Shown here piece after piece: positions 54,632 through 64,000 of a DNA stretch of 64,000 nt. The position numbers were made by a program, and so were the translations under genes. The notes under the pieces were generated by a model. That model ran no database searches and was not told the origin of the DNA. It worked only from the letters and a program-made list of their open reading frames with translations. Source of the DNA: Trichormus sp. ATA11-4-KO1 (GTDB lineage Bacteria; Cyanobacteriota; Cyanobacteriia; Cyanobacteriales; Nostocaceae); NCBI GenBank assembly GCA_019358915.1, contig JAHHIM010000002.1, positions 64,001 through 128,000 on the forward strand, given 5' to 3'. Positions within the stretch are counted from its first letter, which is position 1; every line of letters begins with the position of its first letter.

Positions 54632-54982
54632 ATGTCTAATAACCGTTCTGGAGTATTTCTTGGTGGTTTGATGCTGGGAGCTACTATCGGTGCTTTGACT
54701 GGTTTGCTTGTGGCTCCACGTACAGGGCGCGAAACGCGGAAAATTTTACAAAAATCTGCCAATGCCATCCCAGACTTGGCGGAAGATTTATCAACAAGTG
54801 TACAAATCCAGGCAGATCGTCTATCTGCCAGCGCACTACGAAACTGGGATGATACATTAGAAAGACTACGGGAAGCGATCGCTGCTGGTGTAGATGCTAG
54901 TCAACGCGAAAGCCAAATCTTGAAGCAGCAACAAGCTCAACAAGATTCGGATTCTCTTTCCCAGCAATTAGAACGCTCATAG
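54632..54982 (+). CDS. YtxH-like protein
   Basis: FLGGLMLGATIGALTGLLVAPRTGRETR. Confidence 0.9.
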   Translation: MSNNRSGVFLGGLMLGATIGALTGLLVAPRTGRETRKILQKSANAIPDLAEDLSTSVQIQADRLSASALRNWDDTLERLREAIAAGVDASQRESQILKQQQAQQDSDSLSQQLERS

Positions 54983-54993
54983 ATGGCATAACC

Positions 54994-55455
54994 GTGATTG
55001 ATCCCCTGTTTTGGTTGGGACTGTCTATACTCTTAGTCGCCGCCAGTCTGACTGCTGTTTTGATAGCGGCTATACCGGCTTTGCAGGAGTTAGCACGCGC
55101 TGCGCGCAGTGCAGAAAAACTATTTGACACTCTCTCACGGGAGTTACCACCTACCCTAAATTCCATTCGCACGACTGGAATGGAAATCACAGATTTAACC
55201 GATGATGTTAGTGAAAGTGTAAAAAGTGCAGGTAAGGTCGTTAAGCAAGTTGACCAAAGCCTGGATGGTGCTAAAAAACAAGCTCAAAATCTGCAAGTAG
55301 GCACACGCAGCATCTTTGTAGGTGTGAAAACTGCCTGGAAGTCCTTTACACGCCAAAAACCTGCGCGGCGAGTTGAACGTCTGCCAATTACTGAAAAACC
55401 ACCGCTAACGTTACGAGAACGAGAAATTAAGAAGGGAGTGGGAAGTAGGGAGTAG
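54994..55455 (+). CDS. DUF948 (YoxC/YtxG-like) membrane-anchored protein
   Basis: TM followed by ARSAEKLFDTLSRELPPTL coiled region; follows ytxH-like gene. Confidence 0.78.
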   Translation: MIDPLFWLGLSILLVAASLTAVLIAAIPALQELARAARSAEKLFDTLSRELPPTLNSIRTTGMEITDLTDDVSESVKSAGKVVKQVDQSLDGAKKQAQNLQVGTRSIFVGVKTAWKSFTRQKPARRVERLPITEKPPLTLREREIKKGVGSRE

Positions 55456-55828
55456 GGCAGGGTCGTTTCATTCGTTGCTGTGCGATATTTGTCAAGAGGA
55501 TAATCTCGCGCAAAGACGCAAAGACGCAAAGAAAAATCACGTATTTAAAACTGAAGACGCAAAAAATCTTGGCTAAAATTGTCTGCCTGCGCTCAATTTT
55601 CATCTCTCTAACTCTGGCAATTTTACCATCCTAGGGGATGAAACAGCCCTGGGGAGTAGGGGGTAGGGGGAAGAAGGAATAGATGTTATCTCCCATTCCC
55701 CAAAGCAAGCTTTGCTTAAATCCCTTAGATTAGAGTAAAGTAAACAAGTGTAAAGAAGTATCACTTTTCCCATACTCTTTTAAAACAACTTGTTCACTTC
55801 TACTGTTTATATTTGTATAAGAACGTCC

Positions 55829-56638
55829 ATGCAGTCTTGTTTTTGGCGACGAACTCTAGTATCTATTGCGGTATTTTTCTTGGCTGGGGCAATTTGGGTG
55901 ATGCACTCTTCCCCGGCACTTGCTTATGATAATCCCGACTTACTACCCAACTTTCAAACTCCAGTTATAGATTTAGCTAAATCTCTCACAGATGTTCAAG
56001 AAGAAAAGCTGGTCACAGATTTAAAGCAATTTGAAGGTGAAACTGGTTGGAAACTACGAGTATTAACCCAGTATGACCGCACCCCTGGTCGGGCAGTTAT
56101 CAATTATTGGGGTTTAGATGATAAAAGTATTTTGCTAGTTGCTGATGCTCGTGGTGGCAACATTCTCAGCTTTAGCGTGGGAGATGCCGTTTATGAACTT
56201 CTACCCCGGACTTTTTGGATAGAATTACAAACTCGCTTCGGCAATTTGTACTTTGTGCGAGAACAAGGCGAAGACCAAGCTATTCTGCAAGCTTTAGATT
56301 CCGTTAAAGGCTGTTTACTTCAGGGTGGTTGCGCGGTTGTTCCCGGACTACCACGGGAGCAATGGATACTTACACTCATTACCTCAGTTGTGGGGGGAAT
56401 AATTTGCGGATTTGCATCTCATCCCCAAAAAGAAGGGCAGATTATTGCTTGGCAATGGGCTTTAATTTTCTCACCTTTGTGGGGAATTTTGTTTATTGCT
56501 TTCGGTATTGGTCCAGTGGTAACACGCACTAGTGATTGGTTACCTTTAGTTCGCAATATCTCTGGTTTCTTCATTGGCGCTTTAGTAGCTTACTTGTCTC
56601 CTGTTTTCAGTCGGCCTTCTTCTAATGCCGAATCCTAA
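55829..56638 (+). CDS. TPM-domain membrane protein
   Basis: Signal AxA, PVIDLAKSLT, ETGWKLRVLTQ, three C-terminal TMs. Confidence 0.85.
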   Translation: MQSCFWRRTLVSIAVFFLAGAIWVMHSSPALAYDNPDLLPNFQTPVIDLAKSLTDVQEEKLVTDLKQFEGETGWKLRVLTQYDRTPGRAVINYWGLDDKSILLVADARGGNILSFSVGDAVYELLPRTFWIELQTRFGNLYFVREQGEDQAILQALDSVKGCLLQGGCAVVPGLPREQWILTLITSVVGGIICGFASHPQKEGQIIAWQWALIFSPLWGILFIAFGIGPVVTRTSDWLPLVRNISGFFIGALVAYLSPVFSRPSSNAES

Positions 56639-56837
56639 ATTGATGAGTGCTGAAGAAAAACAAGAATCTCAGCACTCAGCGAGAAATTGCGTAAAGTCCT
56701 TCGGGTATAGTACGCTGATGGCATGTGTAGCGAATGCACCAGAAGAGGGTTTCTCTGTGGGTAAACTTTGGTGAATCAACACTCAGCATTCACCTAAGCT
56801 GATAAGCTGAAAGCTGATATCTCAGAGCTAAATAGCA

Positions 56838-57467
56838 ATGGAATGGCACGTGACTGATGCTCAAAGTTTAGCAATCATTGATAGTGAAATAGGCGATCAT
56901 GTCTTTTCACCCGCAGAGTATGAGATTGTCCGGCGGGTAATATATGCTACTGCTGATTTTGAGTATAAGTCTGTGATTCGCTTTTCTGAGCGTGCCTTAC
57001 AAGCTGGTGCGGCGGCGTTAGCGGCACGTACGACAATTATAGTAGATGTGCCAATGGTACAAGTAGGGATTGCTCAGGATATTCAAAATACTTTTGCTAA
57101 TCCAGTCTATTGTAGTCTGGAAACTTTAACACGACCCCAAAAAGAAAAAACTCGTGCAGCTTGGGGAATTGAAACTTTAGCCAAGCGTTACCCAGAGGGT
57201 ATATTTGTGGTGGGTCAAGCACAGACAGCATTAACAGCGTTGGTTGATTTAATTACAACTGAAGAAATTCACCCCGCTTTGATAATTGCTACTCCAGTGG
57301 GATTTATGGATGTCAATAGCACTAAAGAACGTTTGTTAGACTCTTTAGTCCCTCACATCATCATTGACAGTCGCAAAGGTAATGCTGTTGTGGCATCTGC
57401 GATCGTTGATGGACTGGTAGACTTGGCTTGGCAGGCTTATGGACAAGATAATAATGCGGGAAATTAA
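56838..57467 (+). CDS. Precorrin-8X methylmutase (CobH/CbiC) homolog
   Basis: SLAIIDSE, IVRRVIYATADF, DVPMVQVGI, PVGF, RKG; catalytic His appears replaced. Confidence 0.8.
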   Translation: MEWHVTDAQSLAIIDSEIGDHVFSPAEYEIVRRVIYATADFEYKSVIRFSERALQAGAAALAARTTIIVDVPMVQVGIAQDIQNTFANPVYCSLETLTRPQKEKTRAAWGIETLAKRYPEGIFVVGQAQTALTALVDLITTEEIHPALIIATPVGFMDVNSTKERLLDSLVPHIIIDSRKGNAVVASAIVDGLVDLAWQAYGQDNNAGN

Positions 57468-57528
57468 AAATTTCCTACCTATTTAAGGCACTCCAAAAAA
57501 TAAATCAGACAATTTATTTGTCAGTCCC

Positions 57529-58218
57529 TTAAGCCTCTTCCACTCTGCGGCGACGACGACGCGGCCTTTCCTGTTGGTCTTCACGCAAGCGGCGACTGAC
57601 TTCATTAAAGAAATCTCTTCGCAGATAAGGGTAATCATTCACCCACAGGTCATGACGGGGAATGTAAACATCACTAAAGTCTTCGATAGTACTCAAATCT
57701 GGACGATTGGACATGACAATCATTTCAGCTATTTGACCACGAGCAATAACTTTATGAGCATTTCGTAGCGGTGCTTCCAACTCTACGCTAAATCCTGTGT
57801 CATCACCCACTTCTAAGTTAATCCGTTTTTCGCGATTTTCGACAATTACCAATTCACCTTTATTGTTAACTGTTTCTTGTTTGCCCATCAATCGGTCTGT
57901 AATCCACCAATCGAGAATGCGACCACGAAAAAAGCCACTGTACTTATAGCGACGGCATTTCGCATTGCGGATACTTGCCTGAAACACAGGATACCACAAC
58001 CAAAAAAAAGCACCCATTACACCAAAGAAAAATGTAATTGGGCCAAACTCTAGCCTCAGCAGAACTTCCGCCAGTAGAATTACAGCTATGGCAATTACAG
58101 AAATTAATAGACGCTGTAAAAAATTTGCAGATTTTCCCCAGTAGTACTTGTACTGTAAGCCAGTGGCAATGAAGGGGATGAGTTGTTCAAATTTCTTCCG
58201 AGTCAGTGGGACTAACAT
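57529..58218 (-). CDS. Conserved cyanobacterial membrane protein
   Basis: 229-aa ORF, two TMs then a soluble domain. Confidence 0.8.
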   Translation of the reverse strand: MLVPLTRKKFEQLIPFIATGLQYKYYWGKSANFLQRLLISVIAIAVILLAEVLLRLEFGPITFFFGVMGAFFWLWYPVFQASIRNAKCRRYKYSGFFRGRILDWWITDRLMGKQETVNNKGELVIVENREKRINLEVGDDTGFSVELEAPLRNAHKVIARGQIAEMIVMSNRPDLSTIEDFSDVYIPRHDLWVNDYPYLRRDFFNEVSRRLREDQQERPRRRRRRVEEA

Positions 58219-58250
58219 AAGTGCTGAGTGCTGAGTTCTAAGTTTGGAGG

Positions 58251-59090
58251 TTAAAGTATTTTTTCTAATCCGTATACTAACGACTTTAGCTGTGAGACTT
58301 TGCGAATCGCTAGCAGCACTCCTGGCATATAACAGGAGCGATCGCTTGTATCATGTCTTAAAGTATAAATTTGACCAGGTGCGCCAAAAATCACTTCTTG
58401 GTGAGCGATCAATCCTGGCAGACGTACACTATGAATTCTAATGCCTTCATTGGCTAGGCTGCCCCTGGCTCCTGGGATTTTTTCTGTTTCTTCTACAAGC
58501 GCTGGATTGTTAAAACTTTTACCAAGTTCTCCTAGTAGCTGCGCGGTTTGAATAGCAGTACCACTGGGAGCGTCAGCTTTTTGGTTGTGATGTAGTTCAA
58601 TAATTTCTACATGGTCAAAATATTGGGAAGCTACAACTGCGGCTTGTTGTAATAACACCATCCCAATGGAGAAGTTAGGAATAATGAGGCAACCAGTGCT
58701 GGCTTTTTCGGCAAAATCTGCCAAGTCTTGAATCTGTTCTGGACTTAACCCGGTAGTGCCGACTACTGGGCGAATACCGTAGGCGATCGCACTGCGAATA
58801 TTATCATAAACTGCATCGGGGTGAGTAAAGTCTACAATCACTCCCGGAGGTAGCTGTCTTTCGCCAGCTACGTAACCTAACATAGGTTCTAATTGATTGG
58901 TAATCGGCACTTCCAGAGGTTCACTTAAACCCGCTAATTCTCCTGCGTCTTTGTCTTGATGTTCGGGACTGGTATCAATTGCACCCATTAAGTTTAAGTC
59001 TGGTGCTTGCGCCACTGCTTTAATCACTTCGCGACCCATTTTGCCAGCAGCACCGTTGACAATAACTGGTATGGGAGCTTGATTTGTCAT
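58251..59090 (-). CDS. dapB: 4-hydroxy-tetrahydrodipicolinate reductase
   Basis: [30 protein letters not shown]. Confidence 0.97.
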   Translation of the reverse strand: MTNQAPIPVIVNGAAGKMGREVIKAVAQAPDLNLMGAIDTSPEHQDKDAGELAGLSEPLEVPITNQLEPMLGYVAGERQLPPGVIVDFTHPDAVYDNIRSAIAYGIRPVVGTTGLSPEQIQDLADFAEKASTGCLIIPNFSIGMVLLQQAAVVASQYFDHVEIIELHHNQKADAPSGTAIQTAQLLGELGKSFNNPALVEETEKIPGARGSLANEGIRIHSVRLPGLIAHQEVIFGAPGQIYTLRHDTSDRSCYMPGVLLAIRKVSQLKSLVYGLEKIL

Positions 59091-59181
59091 AGTTTAAAGA
59101 AATGCTTTCAAAGTTATAAGGAAATTGTAGAGACTTTTGTTATTGGTAATTCGTAATTTTTTATTTTGGTTGCTGGTTAAA

Positions 59182-59721
59182 CTACTCGAACACTGGCGAC
59201 CAAATTTCAGCAACTTTTACTTCCCAACCGGGGAGTAAATCTGGCAAAGTCAGCACATCACCATTGTGTAGTACTATTTTTTCACCAGGACGATAGATTT
59301 CGATAGTTCTGGTTTTAGGGTTAATCAAAATGCCAATTTGTGTACCTAGACTGATAAATTCTTGAATTTTTTCTCGGAGTTTATCTAAAGAATCAGTTTT
59401 AGATTTAACCTCTACCATTAAATCGGGAACCAATTCGGCATAATCTTCTGTAGAACGTTTGAGCTTATCTGCCCGTATAAACGATACATCGGGAGCGCGT
59501 AAATCTGTGTTAGGCAGTCTAAAGCCTGCACTGGAACCAGCTACACGTCCTAGCTGGCGCGGTCTTACCCAATTACCCAAAAGTCGGGCAAACTCAGTTC
59601 CTACTTCTTCCGACTCATAGCCTGATGGACTCATGACAACTACGTTCCCGTCTACCAATTCCATGCGATAGTCAGGATAAGCTGCTTGCATTTTCTCCAA
59701 GTCTTTAACAGTGAGAGACAT
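59182..59721 (-). CDS. Uma2-family PD-(D/E)xK endonuclease
   Basis: ELVDG, RAPDVSF, PDLMVEVKS, DLLPGW. Confidence 0.92.
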   Translation of the reverse strand: MSLTVKDLEKMQAAYPDYRMELVDGNVVVMSPSGYESEEVGTEFARLLGNWVRPRQLGRVAGSSAGFRLPNTDLRAPDVSFIRADKLKRSTEDYAELVPDLMVEVKSKTDSLDKLREKIQEFISLGTQIGILINPKTRTIEIYRPGEKIVLHNGDVLTLPDLLPGWEVKVAEIWSPVFE

Positions 59722-59828
59722 AAGGCCTCCTGAAACACCTAAATCTATCTTGGCATTTCTGGTGAAAGTCAGGCGAATTTAGGGAATGTGATCTCAGAGC
59801 ATCACGCAGATGATATTTGCAAATGTCA

Positions 59829-59843
59829 TGAAAATGATTATCA
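59829..59843 (+). promoter_or_regulatory. Zur box overlapping a sigma70-type promoter
   Basis: TGAAAATGATTATCA vs cyanobacterial Zur consensus TGATAATNATTATCA; TTGCAA(59817)-N16-TATCAT(59839). Confidence 0.7.
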
Positions 59844-59850
59844 TTTGATT

Positions 59851-60627
59851 ATGAGTGTACCAATCATTACTGTTGTTGCTGGACCGGCTGGCTGTGGCAA
59901 AACTACGTGGATTTGCCAACAGATCGGGAATACCGCCTCTGCGGAAAACTTAATTTACGTCAGTCCTGGTATTGGGAATGTACCCATTGATCAAATACGT
60001 TTGACTGCTGAATTTCCAGAAGTGAAAGTAGTTAGTGATGGGGAAGAAGTTAAATTTTTCAGCCAGCTAACAGGCGCAGAGATTGTTTATGTAGAGCTAG
60101 GATTTTATTTAGAATTAGACGCAATTCCCCAAGTATTAAAAAATTTACCATACCAGGCGATCGCAGTCTTACCACCACACCTGAAAGAGTCTGAATATCA
60201 TGCCTGGGCAGGCAAAATTGTTAAAGGTGCAGATATTGACACGAACATTGTCCATCCTCAACTTTGGCGTGTACCAACAAGTGGCCAAGTCATTGACGAA
60301 GAGAGTTTACACGAGTTTTGGTATGAACTGACTCATGGTGCTTACGGCAAAGTTAGCCGTGCTAAAGGAATTTTTGATGTGGCTGATGGGCGATCGCTAT
60401 ACGCAGATTTTGTGGCGGGTGTACCCACAACGGATTTTCTGGAGTTAGATTTTCCACGCTACTTAGAAGGTAGACCACAGCGTTTCAGTGGTTTAGAAGT
60501 ATTAGGACAAAACTTGGATGAATCGGCAATGAAGCAAACGTTACAGGATTGCTACTTGTCTGATGCAGTTCTATCACAATACCAAGAACAAGTTAAACAA
60601 ATTCTCATTGAGGAGACCATACAGTGA
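59851..60627 (+). CDS. CobW/COG0523-like P-loop protein with CobW_C-like domain
   Basis: Walker A GPAGCGKTT; YGKVSRAKGIF; no CxCC. Confidence 0.75.
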   Translation: MSVPIITVVAGPAGCGKTTWICQQIGNTASAENLIYVSPGIGNVPIDQIRLTAEFPEVKVVSDGEEVKFFSQLTGAEIVYVELGFYLELDAIPQVLKNLPYQAIAVLPPHLKESEYHAWAGKIVKGADIDTNIVHPQLWRVPTSGQVIDEESLHEFWYELTHGAYGKVSRAKGIFDVADGRSLYADFVAGVPTTDFLELDFPRYLEGRPQRFSGLEVLGQNLDESAMKQTLQDCYLSDAVLSQYQEQVKQILIEETIQ

Positions 60628-61436
60628 AAATAGCGGTCATGTCATGTATTCATGGCAATTATGAAGCATTAGATGCGGTGTTGTTAGATATCGACCAGCA
60701 AAAAGCCGAGAAAATTTTTTGTCTGGGTGATTTAGTCGGATATGGGCCTCATCCCAATGCAGTAGTTACACAAATTCGTTCCTTAGATATTCCCACTTGT
60801 GTTGGTTGTTGGGATGAAGATATCGTTGAAGGATTGAATGCTTGTGATTGTAGTTATCCGTCGCTATTAGCTGAAAAACGCGGCAAAATTGCTCATAAAT
60901 GGACAAATAGCGAAATTCATCTAGAAAACCGCGAATTTCTCGCCCAATTACCCCACAGTTTCCGTGAGGAAAATTTAGCTTTTGTTCACGGTAGTCCCCA
61001 CAGCAACCATGAGTATTTATTACCTGAACTTGACGCATTTGCCGCCCTAGAACGAGTGCTTTCTACAGAAGCAGATGTGCTTTTTTGTGGTCATACTCAT
61101 GTACCTTATGTACGTAATTTAGATGCAGGTAGTTTGCAAGTTTGTGTCAAAAAACAGGAAACAGAAGCAGCATCACTGGATTTTCAAGCTTCCCTCAAGC
61201 GGATTATCAATGTGGGTTCTGTAGGAGAACCCCGACATGGGCGACCCAATGCCACCTATGTAATTTATGACACAGAAAGCCAAGAAGTTAATCTGCGGGA
61301 AGTACCCTATGACTATCAAAAAACCTGTGCAGCAATTATCGAAAAAGGCTTACCAAAAATTTTTGCTTGGCGTTTAGCGCAGGGATTGGAATTTGCGGAA
61401 AGGGCTGATGATCCGACTCATGTTTGTACTAGGTAA
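60624..61436 (+). CDS. Calcineurin-like metallophosphoesterase
   Basis: SCIHGN, GDLVGYG, GCWD, HGSP, GHTH, NVGSVGEPR. Confidence 0.88.
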   Translation: MKIAVMSCIHGNYEALDAVLLDIDQQKAEKIFCLGDLVGYGPHPNAVVTQIRSLDIPTCVGCWDEDIVEGLNACDCSYPSLLAEKRGKIAHKWTNSEIHLENREFLAQLPHSFREENLAFVHGSPHSNHEYLLPELDAFAALERVLSTEADVLFCGHTHVPYVRNLDAGSLQVCVKKQETEAASLDFQASLKRIINVGSVGEPRHGRPNATYVIYDTESQEVNLREVPYDYQKTCAAIIEKGLPKIFAWRLAQGLEFAERADDPTHVCTR

Positions 61437-61474
61437 TGCAGTGGGGAATTAGTAATCTCAAATATCAAATCTTT

Positions 61475-62233
61475 ATGAATAAGTGGGTAATTTTAAGTGG
61501 AATTGAGGGCAATTTGGCGGCTTATGAGGCTGTGATGGCTGATATTAAGCTTCAGGCTAATGTAGAGGCTTTGTATATTTTGGGCGATTTAGTGGGGCCC
61601 AAGCGGGAAACTAAACAGTTGGTGAAACGGGTGCTTAACCCAAAGCGTGGAGAACTGGAACCTCTGATTTGTAAAGGTTGGTGGGAAGAACAATGTTTTA
61701 TTCTCCACGGACTAGGGGGAACTGCTGAACCGACTGAATTGATGGCGAAATATGGGGGAGAAACAGTGAAGTTGCTGTGGGAATGTGTTTCTCGTCCAAT
61801 GGTGCAATGGTTGAGAACACTAGATTTTGGTTTTTTTGAACTGGATTGTTTATTAATTCATGGTACAACTTTAGGCGTGGACGAGGAACTTACTCCAGAT
61901 ACACCCCCGATTCAAATGCTTGACAGATTATCACGGATGCAAGCTAATAATTTGTTCTGTGGTCGTTCTGGTTTGGCTTTTCAATATCAGCTACAAGCAG
62001 GTTCAATTACTACGGAAGTCACAACTTTGGATAGTTCAGCATCTCCCCAAACTATGGAAATTTTTCCCCGTCAGGTTGTTGGGGTGGGTAGTGTAGGTAG
62101 AATACCAGGAGAAGCAACTTATACTCTCTATCATCCGGGGATAAATCACGTAGAATTTAAAACTGTTTGTTACGGAGTGGGTGAGGGTTTCCAGTCTAAG
62201 TCAGATGTCACATCCGTAATAGCTAAAAGTTGA
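61475..62233 (+). CDS. Degenerate metallophosphoesterase paralog
   Basis: SGIEGN, GDLVG, GWWE, HGT, GRSG, GVGSVG; start 61475 or 61436. Confidence 0.8.
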   Translation: MNKWVILSGIEGNLAAYEAVMADIKLQANVEALYILGDLVGPKRETKQLVKRVLNPKRGELEPLICKGWWEEQCFILHGLGGTAEPTELMAKYGGETVKLLWECVSRPMVQWLRTLDFGFFELDCLLIHGTTLGVDEELTPDTPPIQMLDRLSRMQANNLFCGRSGLAFQYQLQAGSITTEVTTLDSSASPQTMEIFPRQVVGVGSVGRIPGEATYTLYHPGINHVEFKTVCYGVGEGFQSKSDVTSVIAKS

Positions 62234-62240
62234 TAAACCA

Positions 62241-62672
62241 TTAGCGCTGATTATCTAACTCGGCGCAACCTTCCAAAACCATATCGCCTTGAATGAAAAG
62301 CGCCGAGTAAGGATATAAGTTGTCTGACATGCCATCGCTACAAGCATCGACTTTTCTGATAATTAACATACTGTTGTCTTTGTCTTTGTCTTGCAGTCGA
62401 TACACTCTTACTGTATCTGGGAGACGGCCGTCAGCTGCTAATGGTGTGACATAGGAAAATGTTTGCTTTTCGTCGCTTGATAATGAAGAATAGATAATCC
62501 CGCTTTGGCGGATATTAACACTCCAAAATGGTTCAGTACCAAAAGCCCTGAATTCTTGATTATCGGTAGGATGATTTTTGGAAATTAGTTGGTTATTGTC
62601 ATTATTGATGCTGTTAGCTGGTAAGCAACTACTTAGTCCCAATAAAAGAGTGCAAAAAATTATAGTTTTCAT
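62241..62672 (-). CDS. Lipoprotein (COG3650-like)
   Basis: Lipobox LSSC, AFGTEPFW, CSDGMSD..YP, GCA. Confidence 0.85.
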   Translation of the reverse strand: MKTIIFCTLLLGLSSCLPANSINNDNNQLISKNHPTDNQEFRAFGTEPFWSVNIRQSGIIYSSLSSDEKQTFSYVTPLAADGRLPDTVRVYRLQDKDKDNSMLIIRKVDACSDGMSDNLYPYSALFIQGDMVLEGCAELDNQR

Positions 62673-62836
62673 GGCTTAAGAATATATAGCAATAGCAATT
62701 AGATTTAATTCCTGAATCACTGGCACAGACAAGAAATAGGGAATTTAAGGTGTACTAAGCGGGAGTTTGGCAAACCAGTGGCTTTAGCTCGGAGAGTGTC
62801 AAAATAATATGTGTAAAGTTTCATCAAAAGTCACTT

Positions 62837-63121
62837 ATGCCGAAAGCTATTTGGAATGGCACTGTGTTGGCCGAAAGCGATAATACTATTGTTGTGGAAG
62901 GCAACCATTATTTCCCGGTTGATGCTATTAATCAGCAATACTTCCAAGAAAGTAACACTCACACAACTTGTCCTTGGAAAGGTGTTGCTAGCTATTACAG
63001 TATCGAAGTTGATGGGCAAGTTAACAAAGATGCTGCATGGTATTATCCCAGCGCTAAGGAAAAGGCTAAAAATATTGAAGGCTATATCGCTTTCTGGAAA
63101 GGTGTAAAAGTTGAGGCTTAA
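62837..63121 (+). CDS. DUF427 (NTP_transf_9) protein
   Basis: VLAESD, EGNHYFP, CPWKGVASYY, AAWYYP. Confidence 0.93.
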   Translation: MPKAIWNGTVLAESDNTIVVEGNHYFPVDAINQQYFQESNTHTTCPWKGVASYYSIEVDGQVNKDAAWYYPSAKEKAKNIEGYIAFWKGVKVEA

Positions 63122-63241
63122 CTGTAAGCCAAATTGTGTATAAATCTCATCTCCTAACTCCTTTTTTTCACGAGAGGATTTTGGCGGTGAAGATTTGACA
63201 CGTCATTATCTTTACTTAGGTAATTGTAGCAAAATATATGG

Positions 63242-63257
63242 TGTATTTTTACATACA
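63242..63257. promoter_or_regulatory. Candidate NtcA site
   Basis: TGTA-TTTTTACA-TACA (GTA-N8-TAC) ~170 bp upstream of the amino-acid permease. Confidence 0.4.
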
Positions 63258-63427
63258 CTATATATTTTGTATGCTTGTATCAAGCAATAATTTAGCTAAC
63301 CTATTATGGGTGAGTGTTTGCACCAACAAGAACTACTGCGATCGCCCATACCAAAGTTTCCTCGGTGGTCATGATATTCTCAGTAATAAACGCTACATCT
63401 TCATCATCTAAATAGGGAGAGACAAAG

Positions 63428-64000
63428 ATGTCCGTTACCAATTCACCACCCCAACTGAAAAGAGAGTTAGGGGTTTTTGGTGCAACCTTGATGGGACTAG
63501 GTTCAATTATCGGCACGGGTGTATTTGTTAGTATCGGCATTGCTACGGGCATTGCTGGGCCGGCGGTAATTTTGGCAATGGCAATTGGCGCGATCGTCGC
63601 TACCTGTAATGGACTCAATAGCGCCCAACTAGCAGCTAATCATGCTGTTAGTGGTGGTACTTACGAATATGGCTATAAGTATCTCACTCCAGCATTGGGC
63701 TTTACGGCTGGCTGGATGTTTTTAGTAGCTAAGACTGCTTCTGCTGCCACTGCTGCCTTGGGTTTTGCTGGGTACTTGCTGAATATTGTGGGTTGGAGTG
63801 CTGATTGGGTTGTTCCTATAGCAATCTTAACCGTAGTAATTATGACGTTGATTGTTTTAAGTGGCATTCGCCGCTCTAATGTTGCTAACACCGTGATTGT
63901 GTCGGTAACGCTGTTATCTTTAGGGTTTTTTATTGTTATTTGTCTGCCGCGTGTTGCTGAAGTAGGTGTTGACAATTTGACACCTTTTTTTACCACTTCC
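63428..64000 (+). CDS. APC-family amino acid permease (partial, runs off the window)
   Basis: Hand translation MSVTNSPPQLKRELGVFGATLMGLGSIIGTGVF...SGGTYEYGYKYL...GFTAGW; GGGAG RBS. Confidence 0.9.
   Translation, partial: MSVTNSPPQLKRELGVFGATLMGLGSIIGTGVFVSIGIATGIAGPAVILAMAIGAIVATCNGLNSAQLAANHAVSGGTYEYGYKYLTPALGFTAGWMFLVAKTASAATAALGFAGYLLNIVGWSADWVVPIAILTVVIMTLIVLSGIRRSNVANTVIVSVTLLSLGFFIVICLPRVAEVGVDNLTPFFTTS

Noticed and set aside
41996..59721. EVE + queD + DpdE + Uma2 as a single modified-DNA defence island
   Set aside because: Genes are spread over 18 kb among core genes (ssb, mreBCD, ribD, dapB); EVE and Uma2 are common stand-alone cyanobacterial genes
59788..59850. His/Cys-rich N-terminal extension (EHHADDICKCHENDYH) of the CobW-like ORF from GTG 59788
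   Set aside because: It overlaps the predicted promoter and Zur box, whose sequence itself reads ENDYH; ATG 59851 is the more likely start

Overview
Core chromosomal region of a heterocyst-forming cyanobacterium (Nostocales). Evidence: hetZ-patU, a hepN-like kinase, tandem amiC1/amiC2, psaFJL, frequent HIP1 octamers (GCGATCGC) and heptamer STRR-type repeats. The central block pdhB-secDF...psaFJL-gmk-remA...patU-hetZ...sds...murI-amiC2-amiC1...ssb-mreBCD-ribD matches the gene order I recall for Anabaena/Nostoc PCC 7120. The window holds about 55 CDSs and one tRNA-Pro(UGG). I found no CRISPR array, transposase or integrase. Most notable: (1) a Zur-box-controlled operon with a CxCC-less CobW-like protein and two metallophosphoesterases with altered metal ligands; (2) a ~280-nt hairpin-rich candidate RNA upstream of a 65-aa membrane protein; (3) the HetR box and hetZ promoter embedded in a divergent 157-aa ORF; (4) an orphan DpdE-like helicase near queD; (5) a stand-alone GlnD-type tandem ACT protein; (6) pseudo-enzyme candidates (CobH paralog, HepN ATPase domain); (7) tiny repeats inserted in-frame into mreD and probably ribD and an M48 peptidase. 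All family assignments are from motif recognition and memory; no database search was run.
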